This document shows, piece after piece, positions 14,477-28,360 of a DNA stretch of 64,000 nt. The stretch covers positions 94,178,001 to 94,242,000 of the forward strand of contig OX597821.1 of NCBI GenBank assembly GCA_951406725.2, written 5' to 3'. Position 1 is the stretch's first letter; each line of letters opens with the position of its first letter. The position numbers and the translations under genes were made by a program. Under the pieces are notes generated by a model that saw nothing but the letters and a program-made list of their open reading frames with translations, was not told where the DNA came from and did no database searches. This DNA comes from Octopus vulgaris (taxonomy: Eukaryota).

Positions 14477-15379
14477 TCGGGTCATTCTATAAATAATGCG
14501 GTTTTTTAAATACTTCTTTTATTTTTCAAAATTAAGATAAACAAAGTTCTTAATCTAAAATATACTCTCCATTTTTGTACAATGCCCTTACTTCTATTTC
14601 GTAGACTTGCAAGGCCCCTCTTCCAAAATTCACTTATCCGTGACGAAAAATATTCTTCTAGTACTGTTTTGACATCGTCTACAAGTTCATATTTTTTTCC
14701 ATCCAAATGATTTTTAAGACTGTGGAATAAATGATAATCAGATGGGGGAATTTCCGGTGAATATGGTGGTTGGGGCATCGTTTCCTATTCAAACTGCTCC
14801 AGCCTTTGGAATGTCATCCTTGTTGTATGTGGCCGAGCGTTATCCTGATGGAAGAACACCTTTCGTCTTGGAACCAAAGGCAGTCGTTTTTCTTCTAGCA
14901 CTGACTTGAATGACTGGTTGAATGACCAATCCCAAGCTTCTCTAATAGTTCCTCAACAGTTACAATGGGATTTTGCTCCATCAGGGTTTACTCGACGCCC
15001 TCGTCAAGCTCTACAGATCATCCAGGACGAGGCTCATCTTCTAGGCTGCAGTTTCCGGCTCGGAATTTCTAGAACCACCGTTGACATTGGCTTACGCTTA
15101 TTGTCCGACCCCCATTTACTGCATTAATATTCCTCGCACTTTCCGTTGCGTTGTTGCTTTTATTGAACTCATAAAGCGAAATATGCCGAATATGCTCCTT
15201 TGTCACTTCCATTTTAGCTTTGAAAAAATAACTTTTAAAATGGAACTGGTTACTTCAAAACTTGTACAAGGTGAAATTACTACCTGCTTTTATAGCAAGC
15301 TGATGCATGCAGTTTATTCCGTCCCCCTCCGACTTTTAGTTCATGCAATTGAAAAAACCCACATTATTTATGAGATGAC

Positions 15380-15383
<4 letters not shown>
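14477..15383 (-). mobile_element. Internally deleted mariner transposon
   Basis: TIRs TCGGGTCATTCTATAAATAATGCGG / TTGGGTCATCTCATAAATAATGTGG with TA flanks. Confidence 0.88.
14550..15212 (-). pseudogene. Mariner transposase remnant
   Basis: MEVTKEHIRHI..LYEFNK N-terminus, FHQDNARPHT and QPPYSPEIPPSDYHLF motifs. The central region is deleted and there are frameshifts. Confidence 0.85.
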
Positions 15384-15428
<45 letters not shown>

Positions 15429-15514
15429 GTACGTACATACATACATACATACATTCATACATACATACATAAATACATGCATGCATATATAAACAATAAA
15501 CAAATGTGTGTGTG

Positions 15515-15730
15515 TGTGTATCTATGTTTTTGTTTGTGTTCATCCCCCATCATCGCTTGATAACCGTTGTTGGTTTGTTTACGTCCCCGTGACTTAACGG
15601 TTCGACATGAGGACCCGACCCGATAGAATAAGTGCCTGACTTAAGAAAATTGGTTCGACTAAAAGCCTTCAAGGCGATGATCCAGCATGGGCCGCAGTCT
15701 AATGAGTGATATACGAGTAAAAGATAAAAG
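15515..15730 (+). mobile_element. Tail of the bipartite SINE split by the mariner
   Basis: CATCGCTTGATAACCG...CGATAGAATAAGT...CCAGCATGGGCCGCAGTC. Confidence 0.65.
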
Positions 15731-15895
15731 AAATATCCGTGTCTCAATACAACACAAGCAATTCGTTACTGAAATCATAATATTCAACAATCGAGAATCG
15801 AAACCGGATCGAACCATTTCAGTTCGACAGACTAAGATTGACGTTACAACTGGTTTAAATAAATCTCCAGCTGTTGAACAATGTTTGTTTTTTCT

Positions 15896-16410
15896 TCTCC
15901 CCTTCATTCATCCCTTTCCTCCCTCCCTTCCTTCCTTCCCCTCCTTCCTTCCTTCCCTCCTTCCCTCCTTCATTCCTTCCTTCCTTCCTTCCTTCTTTCC
16001 TTCCTTTCTTCCTTCCTTCCTCCCTTCCCTCCTTCCTTCCTTCCCTCCTTCCTTCCCTCCTTCCTGCCCTCCTTCCTTCCTTCCTTCCTTCTCTCCTTCC
16101 TTCCCTCCCTCCTTCCTTCCCTCCTTCCTTCCTTCCTTCCTTCCTTCCTTCCTTCCTTCCTTCCTTCCTTCCTTCCTTCCCTCCTTCCTTCCCTCCTTAT
16201 TTCCTTCCTTCCTTCACTCCTTCCTTTCCTCCCTCCTTCCTTCCTTCCCTCCCTCCTTCCTTCCTTCCTTCCTTCCTTCCTTCCTTCCTTCTTTTCTTCC
16301 TTTCTGCCATCTCCCCTCCCTTCCTTCCTTCCTTCCTTCCTCTCTCCCTTCCTTCCCTCCTTCCTTCCCTCCTTCCTTCCTTCCTTCCCTCCTTCCTTCC
16401 TTCCTTCCTA
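15896..16410. repeat. (CCTT)n polypyrimidine microsatellite
   Basis: Directly visible. It gives the PSFL-repeat ORFs. Confidence 0.95.
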
Positions 16411-17314
16411 TTTATTTCTTCTTTCGTTCTTCCTTTCTTTCACCCTATCTCGGTTTCTCTTTTCTTTCTCTTGTTTACTCTTTCCTTTTTCTCTTCATTC
16501 ATCAATCATTTCTGATTGTTCTACAGAATCTGTTCTTTATTCTTTCCTTTTCTTACAATTCTTTTCGTTTTCCTCTCATTCCTTGTTCATTTCTGCCTTT
16601 CTTCTGTATTTTTCTAAACCCGTCTTCCACTTACCTTCCTTCCGCCTTCTTTCCTTCTTCCCTTCCTCCTTTCTCTTTCCCTCTATTTTTCCTTCTTTCA
16701 CATCTGCCTCTATCCTTCCCAACATAATTCCAGAATTTTCTGCGAGAGGTGTCCAGGAGGAGGAGGAGGAGGAGATAGCATGCTTGTGAAAACGCTAAAG
16801 TGTGTAAACCAAAACCAAGCAGCCAGTCAACACTTAGAAACCAAGAAGCTGGGAAATTTATACAGACAGCCGACTAAAACTGTTGACGAGATTCAGTATT
16901 GCCAGCAGAGAGGGTGGTGAAGAAATGGAGGACAATCCTGAGACGACGCTGTAAGGCAGCTGTTTGTACTGTAACGGTTTATGTCCATGTCTTCTGACAA
17001 ATTTAGCTGTCAGGATACGAAGAGAGTGATCAGCCAGCAGATAGGTTGAAGATAGAATGAATGAATGTAAGCAGACTGGCTGAGAGGTCGTGAAGTAGTT
17101 AGTTACACATAGACAGCCAGATAGATTTGTTGTTTGGTAGAAATGGCTAAAACGATAGTTTCTTATATCGATCGATCGTCGATAGACAGGCAGTTAACAG
17201 TAGATAGGTAGAAAGGCACGGAGATATTTGGGTACATAGGTAGACGACAATATTATATATAAAGAGCAGTAAGCCGGTAAATAGGTGGCAAGATAGATTG
17301 ATGGGTGTGCGTGG

Positions 17315-17348
<34 letters not shown>

Positions 17349-17750
17349 TTAAATTTAGGGTAAAAATTGATATTTATCAATTAGAACCAGTGGTCTAGCA
17401 TATTAAAGAAAGACTCCGCGCCAAAAGTAAAAGCATTTGAAATATATATTTCAAATGTAATAGGCCGGACTCCATGCACGCGATATTTTGGTGTCGTGTT
17501 GGCATTTAGTCCAGCAAATTACATTTTATATGGGACCATGCTGATGATGCTGCACTTTTCCTTGCGGAAAATAACAGCTGAAACTAAATTTAGTACATGG
17601 GTAAATATTTATTTCGTATATTTTTCACTTGTTTATTGCTTTGGTTTTGTTGAGTTTGATCTGAGAACATAAACTTTTTGTGGAGAATGGCGATTTGACG
17701 TCTATATCTAGCATGTTGACTGTCCACTTTTCGTGTGCAGTCCTTAATTA

Positions 17751-17810
<60 letters not shown>

Positions 17811-17861
17811 ATGTATATATATGTGTATATATGTATGTATGCATGTATGAATGCATGTATG

Positions 17862-17902
<41 letters not shown>

Positions 17903-17907
17903 CATAT

Positions 17908-18060
17908 AAGAGGGAATTTTACCACTATGTGGAAACCCTTATGCTAGAAGAAGATCCGCTATGGTCTTAACCACTAAGAACTGTTCTCTAGAAAATTTAG
18001 CACACACCAGAAACGTAAGCGAGCAAGACAAAGGAAAAGTGACAAAAATATAGATTAATC
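17908..18060 (+). mobile_element. TA-associated repeat, family B (putative Penelope-like end)
   Basis: Similar to 26190-26270, 57570-57750 and 57878-57985 (CCACTAAGTGG...GAAAATTTAGCA..CCAGAACGTAAG). Confidence 0.5.
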
Positions 18061-18361
18061 ATAAACAAATGTTTCACTATCGACAGATTACGTAATTTTA
18101 CTTACACAATTTATCTGTAGATCTTCAGTATGATCGTCTATACAAATATAATTTGCAGAACTACACTCCAGACATCAACACGAGGTCGAAGATGCATGTA
18201 GCTTTACCTATTACACTTGTGGTTAATTTTTCAAAAGTCTTCGTTTTGGCGCGCTAAATTACCGGAAATAATATTGCATAAAATAATTAAAATAATTAAT
18301 ACGTTTCACCTTCATTTTAATTTTAATTTTTCACCCTCATTTTAATTATATATATATATAT

Positions 18362-18438
<77 letters not shown>

Positions 18439-18836
18439 TGTACTTACATATAAGAGACCAAAGTCTACATACGCCGCTATATATATATATATGTATAAAA
18501 AAGAATACAAAAAATGGGACAAGAACACAACACGTGACAAAAGAACATCCAGACAGTTGGGTGATACAAAAAGGGACATGAAAAAACAAGGACGGGTCAA
18601 TCGGAGTTTTCATTCGTCAGTCGAGTTCCAGATTATCTTTGCAGTTTCGGCTGGTTATACTCGAGACTGCTCCAATCTGGCCAGCCCCAAGGGAAATCTA
18701 AGCTAAGAACACTAGATTCCTTGAAAGAAAGCAGCGAATGTATACGAAAAGAAGGGCGGAAAAAACGGACCAATGGTACAATAATGCAAATGTAAACAAC
18801 AGGACAGAAAAGAGAGAGAGAGAGACAGAGAGAGAC

Positions 18837-18867
<31 letters not shown>

Positions 18868-18872
18868 CAGAC

Positions 18873-18903
<31 letters not shown>

Positions 18904-18918
18904 GATAGACAGACAGAC

Positions 18919-18980
<62 letters not shown>

Positions 18981-19078
18981 TAGCAGGAACACAAATAGAT
19001 AGGAAATGATAGAATTCGAGTAAAATCGATAGAGTGAGATTATACATATGCACGCTTAAATATATATACACACACATG

Positions 19079-19177
<99 letters not shown>

Positions 19178-19475
19178 TAATTGCTGCTAGGGCCACAGTA
19201 TTTTGTTAACCACAATATACTACCAAGTATATTAAAGGCTTATAAATCAATACTGCGTCCTCCCTGTGTTAGCAGTGCGAGTTAATCGCTTTCTTAAGTT
19301 ATCTCAACAGATTCTCTATAGAAATTAGAGCCAGTGCTGATTGCATTGTTTACATAGACGTATTGGTATACGAAACATCGTAACTTTGAGTGCTGGCTCT
19401 AATTTCTAGAGACAATCAGTAGAGATAATGTCAAAAATCTATCTATCTATCTATCTATCGAAGAACGGTGCTTAT

Positions 19476-19518
19476 CATACGTTGATAAGAGGAAATTACC
19501 TCGAAACCGGTCCGTATG
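19476..19518 (+). ncRNA. Degenerate minimal type I hammerhead motif
   Basis: CATACG-TTGATAA-GAGG/AAATTA/CCTC-GAAA-CCG-GTC-CGTATG. Perfect 6-bp stem I and two core substitutions. Confidence 0.55.
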
Positions 19519-19651
19519 TAGTATCCGTATCTTCGGGGAGGCTGATCTCCCTTTACAGGCTAGCAAGGACACCGTGATAGTGTCGGTCCTTCTGGTGACG
19601 TCGATGATCGCCTGGGGCTAAATGCATCAGTAACACCCCCACCACCCCGCC

Positions 19652-19724
<73 letters not shown>

Positions 19725-20144
19725 AGTAGGTAGGTAAATAGGTAGGTAGTTAGGTAGGAAGGTAGGTAGGTAGGTAGGTAGGTAGGTAGGTAGGTAGGTA
19801 GGTAGGTATGTATGTATGTAGGTAGGTAGAGCATATTTGTTTCAAAGATTAGTGAATTGATTGAAAGGTAATATGTAGACGGATATAATTATATTGACAG
19901 AGATAATTAGTTACTCAAATAGATTGATATAAATAGGTAACCAGATAGGTAATTCAGTAGACAGACAAATAAATATATTCATAAATAGACAGATGATTAG
20001 AGAAACAAATTGTACGGAGGCACATTGGCATTCACGCACTCGTAGTGTGAAATGAATGCAGTGTGACAAACAAGTGAATAAGAAACAATGAATAAAGGGA
20101 GAAAGAGACAACAAGGGAACAAAAACAAACAGACAGATATGTAG

Positions 20145-20290
20145 ATAAGTTTCTTTATTGGCCACACAGGGCTGCACACAGATGGGACAAGTTACAAGGT
20201 AGAGCTTTTCTTTTGGGGGAGAAAAAAAAAAGAAAAAAAAAAGGTGGCGTAGGTTTTCGATCAAAAGGGATCGTAAAAGGGAAAAAAGAA
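20145..20290 (-). mobile_element. LINE-like 3' end with AATAAA signal
   Basis: Minus strand TTGTCCCATCTGTGTGCAGCCCTGTGTGGCCAATAAAGAA resembles the tail module of the Nin-like SINE. Confidence 0.4.
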
Positions 20291-20754
20291 CAAAAAAAAA
20301 AGGGAAAAAAGAACAAAAAAAAGGGAAAAAAGAACAAAAAGGAAAAGAAAAAAAGGAAAAGAAAAAAAAGAAAAGAAAAATGAAAATAGAAGAAAAAAGA
20401 GGAAAAAAGGGGGAGAGATAGATAGATAGATAGATAGACATAGAATTAAAAAGAGAAAGAGAGTGACTGTTGGTGTGTAAGGTTGTGGAAATGAATGAAG
20501 GAAAGGAAGAGATAAATCATTTGAGCAGCAAGCTCCAGCACACTTGTTCCTTATCTTGGACTTGCATATCATCCAGGATTCAATGAACCGTGAACACTGC
20601 GCATGCGTGACTACTTGTTTGTATTGATCTATACATTGTTTCTCAATCATCATACGTCAATAAACACACATACATATATACATTACATACACGAAAACGT
20701 ATATATATATATATGTATATATACTCAGACACACACACACACACATATATATAT

Positions 20755-20960
20755 TTATTTCTTTATTGCCCACAGGGGGCTAAACATAGAGGGGACAAAC
20801 AAGGACAGACAAGGGGATTAAGTCGATTACATCGACCTCAGTGATTAACTGGTACTTATTTAATCGACCCCGAAAGGATAACAGGTAAAGTCGACCTCGG
20901 CGGAATTTGAACTCAGAACGTAACGGCAGACGAAATACCACCAGGTATTTCGCCCGGCGT
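20755..20960 (-). mobile_element. Nin/Deu-like SINE, 5'-truncated
   Basis: GTCGACCTCGGCGGAATTTGAACTCAGAACG and the core motif. Confidence 0.75.
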
Positions 20961-20963
20961 AGG

Positions 20964-21231
20964 AAAACAATTAGTCTTAAATCTCTGAGCCAGAAATAAG
21001 TAGTAACAGTACCACAAAGTAAAATCTATCTACCAACATAAAGTGGCAGTCCTGATTAGGACGAGGTTACTACCATTTTTTTTAACCCCAGGAAAATATC
21101 TTTTCCAGGGGCTGAAAGAAAGGCAGTAACATCGTCCTAATCAGGACTGCAACTTTACGTTGGTAAATAGATTTTACTGTGTAGTTCTGTTTCTACTTAC
21201 GTCTCGCTCATGATTCAAAACTAATTGTTTT
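20964..21231. repeat. Imperfect fold-back with arms of about 130 bp; a third partial copy at 21440-21505
   Basis: GCAGTCCTGATTAGGACGA...TTACT versus AGTAA...TCGTCCTAATCAGGACTGC. Confidence 0.75.
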
Positions 21232-21649
21232 ACTCTTTGCGATATCAGTGACTGTGTGTCACTTTAAAAGTATATACCTCGAACAAGGCCTAATGTTACC
21301 ATCTCTAGCCAACGGCTATCCTGTGCCGGTGAAGGGAAATAACTCATAAACCATGGTCTGCAGGTACCGTTTAAGCCTGAATGGGGACATTATCTCCCTT
21401 GTTCGAGTTATAAGGACGCAGTTGTGTGTCGGTAGCCAGCTGGAAAAAAAAAGGTAGTAACATCGTCCTAATCCGGACTGCCACTTTACGTTGACAAATA
21501 AATTTCTCTCTCTCTCTCTGGCTTTGATCAGCCAAGAGCAATAGTAGAAGACACTTGCCAAAGATGCCACGCAGTGTGACTGAAACCAAAACCATGTGGC
21601 TGGAAAGCAAACTTCTTATCACATAGCCACGTTTGCGCCTATATACTGT

Positions 21650-21859
21650 ATACTCTTTTACTTGTTTCAGTCATTTGACTGTGGCCATGCTGGAGCACCG
21701 CCTTTAGTCGAACAAATCGACCCCCAGGACTTATTCTTTGTAAGTCTAGTTCTTATTCTATTTTGCCGAACCGTTAAGTTACAGGGACGTAAACACACCA
21801 GCATCAGTTGTCAAGCGATGTTGGAGGGACAAACACAGATACACAAACATACACACACG

Positions 21860-21927
<68 letters not shown>

Positions 21928-22096
21928 CATACATACATACATATATACGACGGGATTCTTTCAGTTTCCGTCTACCAAATCCATTCACAAGGCTTTGGTC
22001 GGCCCGACAATTGCCCAAGGTGTCACGCAGTGGGACTGAACCCGGAACCATGTGGTTGGTAAGCAAGCTACTTACCACACAGCCACTCCTACGCCC
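21650..22096 (-). mobile_element. Bipartite tRNA-derived SINE
   Basis: Reverse complement of the 41470-41925 family. Confidence 0.8.
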
Positions 22097-22478
22097 TATG
22101 TGAATGAATCTAAAATACAACATACAACACCGATTTTTTTCTGTGATGCCAACACTTTGATGTATAGAGACCAGTTGCCAAACATTGATGTGTTTGCGGC
22201 GTCGTATCTTGGATAGTTTAGGATGTCAAAATAAGTGAGATGTGAAGAGAGGGGTGCATATATGTGTATGTGAGAAAGTGAGAGAGAGAGAGGAATATAG
22301 AAAGGAATGGAGAGGGAGAAAGAGAAAGGAGACACACACAAACACGCGCGCACACAGACAGGAGAGAATTGTATTTGTTAGTTGTTTATCAGATTTCCAT
22401 TTCCCCATAAATCTTGGGTTTTACGGAGTTGTGGCAGAAAAATTGTCATTTATTTGTTTATTCAATTCGTTAGATCTG

Positions 22479-22566
<88 letters not shown>

Positions 22567-22668
22567 CCTACCTACCTACCTACCTAACTATCTACATACC
22601 TAATTACCTACATACTTATCTACCTACCCACCTACCCACCTTTCTACTAATCTATCTACTAATCTATC

Positions 22669-22721
<53 letters not shown>

Positions 22722-22842
22722 CAACTTACATATCTACCTATGTATGTATGTATGTATGTATGTATGTATGTATGTGTATATATGTGTGAGTATGTATGTA
22801 TCTTTCTATCTTCCTGTCTTTTTGCTGTTAACGCACACAGAC

Positions 22843-22875
<33 letters not shown>

Positions 22876-23378
22876 TGTATGTATGTATGTATGTATGTAT
22901 GTATGCATGTATGTATGCACGCATGCATGTATGTATGTATGAACGTATGTGTATGTATGTATGTATGTATGTATGTATGTATATGTATGTATGCATATGT
23001 ATATATGTGTGAATGTATGTGTATGTATGTATGTATGAATGTATGTATGTATGTTTTCTCTTCCTGATTGGATATTTTTAATGTTTGTTTTGATCGTCAT
23101 ATGCTCAGTGCCAACATTGTCAAGAGAAGCTATAAAAAGCGAAGAAATCTTGTTTTTTTCCCTCTATCATGATTTCAGCAAAAATCTTACTCTATAAGTT
23201 CTAAGAAAACTGTACAGATTCTTATTTCACCGTCTATTGTCATCATCATAAACGCATTCCAAGTTTAGTCTTAATTTCATCCACCTAGGTTGGTGCATAT
23301 CCTGTAGTTCCAGCAATAATAGATAGAAAATAGGAAGTATTTTGGGTACTAGATTTGCCGGATTCTCAGCAATTATCT

Positions 23379-23600
23379 TTATATATCTTCTTTCTTACAT
23401 ATTTTCTTATGTTTGAGCCTAAAAGAGGAAAAATGATTGTTAAGACGTCTTTTAAAATCTACCGAACAACCGAAATAAACAAAGCTATTGTTAGAAGTTA
23501 TTATTGTGCATTTATAAATCACGTTTTGGACCGAACAACGACCAGATACCGGACATTTTGATCTAATCCTACAATTACAACTGGGGGGATAGTGTCCGGT
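23379..23600 (-). pseudogene. Penelope-like element GIY-YIG endonuclease fragment
   Basis: CNCRIRSKCPVSGRCSVQNVIYKC...VYFGCSVDFKRRLNNHFSSF, i.e. a Cys cluster plus IY...YxG...FKxRxxxH as in Neptune-type PLE endonucleases. Confidence 0.75.
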
Positions 23601-23790
23601 ACTGGAATTGTTTAAGGACAGTTCACTTTCATTACTGTTATTTAGATTATTTAAATGGGCAAAGGAAGTCCACAACAAAGCATATTTTTATTTTGTCGGC
23701 ACAAGCAATAATATCATGTATGCATGTACGTATCAGTGTGCATATTGGGTATGTATGTATGTATCGTATTGTATGTATATATCATATGTA

Positions 23791-24011
23791 CGGGGTTGGG
23801 TGTTGAAAAGTTCCTGTTTTCATGGATGTCGCGAAAGGCCTGGTTGGGGGCCCAACCTTCCGACTTCTTTTACAGGGCTTAGAAAATCTGAAGGACCGCT
23901 GCAAATAAGTGTGTGAATCTGAGAAGGGGAATATGTTGAATAAAATCATAATTAACTGATCCTCAAGTATCTTCTTTTACTCGATGCCAGGAACTTTTCA
24001 GTACCCCCTCG
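23791..24011 (+). mobile_element. Mariner-derived MITE
   Basis: TIRs ...TGAAAAGTTCCTG / CAGGAACTTTTCA...CCCCCTCG with TA flanks. Retains a transposase C-terminal remnant (..GEYVE*). Confidence 0.7.
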
Positions 24012-24156
24012 TATGTGTGTGTGTATGTGTGTGTGTGTGTGTGTATTTGCTCGTGCTTGACAAATTGCACAACTACAAAGTCTTTAAACCAATTAATGTT
24101 TCAAATACAGCCCAAAGCTCACAGCCTAAAAAAAGGACCAAAGCTACACACCAATA

Positions 24157-24469
24157 TCTTTATATATAAAACTAAAGTTGTGTGTGTGTGTGTGTGTCTG
24201 TCTGTCTACTCCGATTTAGATTCCTAACTACTCCCACATTTTGCGGTGCAGTTTAACCAAAAGCGGGTATCTTATAGTCGTAATTTATATCGAGCCCTTC
24301 TGGGTATTAGCGCGCGTCTACGATGAGTCTACGATTTAAAAAAAATTTACCATCATTTTTCCGCATTTTTAATGATTTTTGCTCGGGTTATATAAGGGAA
24401 GTAACTCTCTAAAATGCTTATATAGTTATTTCCCTTACAAACCCGAGCAACGCCGGGCGATACTGCTAG
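24157..24469 (+). mobile_element. Non-autonomous Helitron
   Basis: A|TC 5' end, subterminal hairpin CCCGAGCAACGCCGGG, 3' CTAG|T. Homologous to 33178-33570. Confidence 0.8.
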
Positions 24470-24776
24470 TGTTTCAATAATACACAATCTGTAGGTGCCT
24501 ATCTCTTCCCCAGGTATGTTTAGCCATTGGCTTATCTGTGAGAAGTCTTCTCTGCTTTATATTTATACCTGCTTGGTGCCCACATTTTTATCTCATCAAG
24601 TAAAGTAGTTAATTTAAGGTAGAGAGGTAACATTATTTATACACATACACAAATATTTTACATAGTATCTTTGCCAACCTAAAATGTTATGTGTCTCATC
24701 AGATATAGCTTTCTCCACTATTTTACTATATCAGAGACGGCGGATTTTGTCTTAGTATGTGGTTGCCAGGGCATAC

Positions 24777-24821
24777 TTGCTAGTGACGAACCCCATGGAG
24801 GCAGAAATGCGCGTTTAGCAA
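24777..24821 (+). ncRNA. Degenerate minimal hammerhead motif
   Basis: TTGCTA-GTGACGA...GAAA-TGCGC-GTT-TAGCAA. Perfect 6-bp stem I, with mutated core and stem II. Confidence 0.4.
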
Positions 24822-25062
24822 TACTACCACATTACTGGACCATTTTCCTCTCTTGCTGACCTTTCTGCATTTTAGCATTGGTTTTTAGCATAAAAGATAC
24901 TGTTGCAATTAATTAAGCCTTCGGTGCATCTAAGCATGATATACAGATTGCTATTTCAAACTAATACTACTTCTGTCATACCTAACAAATATATGTGTGT
25001 GTGTGTATAAATTTATATATATATATATGTTATGTACATACATAATATACATACATACATAC

Positions 25063-25094
<32 letters not shown>

Positions 25095-25864
25095 GTATAT
25101 ATATATATATATAAATATAATTATCATATATATATATATACACATATATGTATATATTGTATATATAAATAAATATATATATAAATATATATATATATAT
25201 CCTGGAACATGACTTATATCCAGAAACTCCGACTAGGGGGAAAAGAGTGAATCTTTAACTTTCTAACAGACTCTACAAAATAAATTCAAGTCCTCTATTG
25301 CTTCTTTGCTCATCCAAAAGAACACACGCACGTACACGCACTCACACACACATACACACACGCATACACACACGTACACAAGCACACACACATACTTATA
25401 CGCAAATACATATTCACACTCATATGAGTTTCAGTGTATGCATTGAAATAAACAGTATATGCTATGTTAAACGTATTTGATTTTTGGAGACCAGGATACA
25501 AGCAAAGTATATAAGTGAATTGTCGAGGAGTTTATTATGCGTCAACAGCATTGATATTTAAAGATTGTATAGTATAATGATTAAGATTATAACTGATTAT
25601 AACATGTTTTTTCTTTTTAATATTATAAGTGCCAAAATTATATTCACAATTAATATAGTTTCTCAGCTTTGGAAAATACACCACTTTCATAGTTTTGTGA
25701 GAAAATAGAAAAAAATAATAATTAAGAAAATTATATGTCCTGGTTATGACTTCAAGCCTGGTTATGACTTCTAATAGTGGGGACCCTGGTCGAGAGTTCC
25801 AGGATTTTGGATAGGGCGAAACCACCCCTTAGTTACTATTCTTCTCAGGTATACTCTGACATGA

Positions 25865-25900
25865 AGAGAGATATAAGATAGTACTATCTTATATCTCTCT
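25865..25900. repeat. Perfect 36-bp palindrome
   Basis: AGAGAGATATAAGATAGT|ACTATCTTATATCTCTCT. Confidence 0.85.
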
Positions 25901-26115
25901 CCACCCCTACACACCTAATAATACTATAAAAAGAGACAAATCTCCTGAAAAAATTCAATCTGAAGACTCCACTAGAGTGGACGCAAGCGCTAATATATGA
26001 TTTATAAAATATGTCACATATTAATAAATAGCTGTAAATATAACATCATTCACATTTCTGAGCACCTTATTTCTTCTAATATATAATACCTGTGCCTCAT
26101 CTCCAAACCATCTTA

Positions 26116-26179
<64 letters not shown>

Positions 26180-26185
26180 TTTATG

Positions 26186-26363
26186 TATAAGAGAGATGGC
26201 CACTAAGTGGACATCCATTATGCTAGAGGTAGACCCCATATGGTCTGACCACTAGGAAAAGATTGTTCTCAAGTAAATGAGAACAATCTTTTCTTAGTGG
26301 TCAGACAATATGGGGTGTACCTCTAGTATAATGGATGGCCACTTAGTGGCCATCCCTCTTATA
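26186..26363. repeat. Fold-back of family B repeat with arms of about 85 bp
   Basis: 26186-26271 versus 26278-26363 are near-perfect reverse complements. Confidence 0.85.
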
Positions 26364-26689
26364 TGTATGTAATATAATTTTTCTGAATCTTCAGATTTTT
26401 CAATATGCTAGGCCACTGGGTATAAATTGATATTAATCAAATTCATATTCAACTTTTCACCCTATTATTTAAATTTAGTGGTCAGGATGCTCGTGATTTT
26501 CGTGGGGTTTCCACGAGCAGCTCTTGGAACTCTCTCTTGGGGGAGTTTATTTGTTATAATTTTTATAGTTATTACCCTTCTACACGATTAAATCCCACTT
26601 CTTTTGTGTTGTTTTGTCTTGTGCCGTCCCCAAACTTTTATATAAACCCTAGGTGGTGAATAAAGAAAATATCATCATTACTATTGTTG

Positions 26690-26893
26690 ATCAGAGATGC
26701 ACATATCATCAGCCACTAAGGGAAATGCTCAACTGGTTAAGGTCAAACAAATAGCAAGCAAATCTATGGTATTGAGCAGAATATTTACTGTAGCACATCT
26801 TTTATACCAAGACAAAACAATGTACGTGATAACAGTTCCAATCAGTTAAGATTAAAGGCCATGAGAGCCTCTGCCTGGTACTGCATCAGGACT
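26690..26893 (-). mobile_element. Non-coding (TAA)n-associated element, partial copy
   Basis: Matches 38230-38412. Its right end abuts (TTA)n. Confidence 0.6.
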
Positions 26894-26897
26894 TATA

Positions 26898-27453
<556 letters not shown>

Positions 27454-27530
27454 AGGATGTAATCGACTAACCCCCTTTTCCTAAGTTCCAGGCCTTGTCC
27501 CTATAATAGAGAAGATTATTATTATCATTA

Positions 27531-27725
27531 AGGCGTCGAGCTGGCAGAATCGTTAGCACGCCGGACATATTGCTTAGCGGCATTTTGTCCATCTGCACAT
27601 TCTGACTTTAAATTCCGCCTTTCATCCTCACCGGGTTGATAAAATAAGTATCAGTTGTACACTGGGGTCAATGTAACTGACTTATTCCCTCCCCCAAAAC
27701 TGCTGGCCTTGTGCAAAATTTGAAA
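27531..27725 (+). mobile_element. Nin/Deu-like SINE
   Basis: GGCGTCGAGCTGGCAGAATCGTTAGCACGCCGG head. Confidence 0.7.
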
Positions 27726-27785
27726 TCGTTACTACTACTACTACTACTACTACTACTGCAACTACTGCTGCTGCTGCTGCTGCTG

Positions 27786-28140
<355 letters not shown>

Positions 28141-28169
28141 ATTACTATTAGTTTTTTTTCTTTTTAATC

Positions 28170-28358
28170 ATCAAGGCAGGGCTGTTGTACTCGCACCTAC
28201 GCTGTTCTGCATGATGTTCTCAGTCATGCTGTCTGCAATGACAACGAAACCACCATCAAGATCAGATTCAGGATTAATGGCAGACTCTTCAACTTGCGGA
28301 GGCTACAGCCCCAAGACCAAGGAGGAAGGAGTCAATGCGAGACCTTTCAGATGATTGT
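28170..28358 (+). pseudogene. RTE-clade reverse transcriptase fragment
   Basis: QG.VLAPTLFCMMFSVML and IKIRFRINGRLFNLRRLQ motifs across frameshifts. Confidence 0.75.
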
Positions 28359-28360
28359 GG

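Noticed and set aside
15687-16789. 346-aa and 302-aa PSFL-repeat ORFs
   Set aside because: Translation of the (CCTT)n microsatellite.
22242-23100. ORFs of YLSI/MYVC repeats
   Set aside because: Translations of (CTAT)n and (GTAT)n microsatellites. The same applies to the many IYIY, HTHT and poly-Y/I ORFs.
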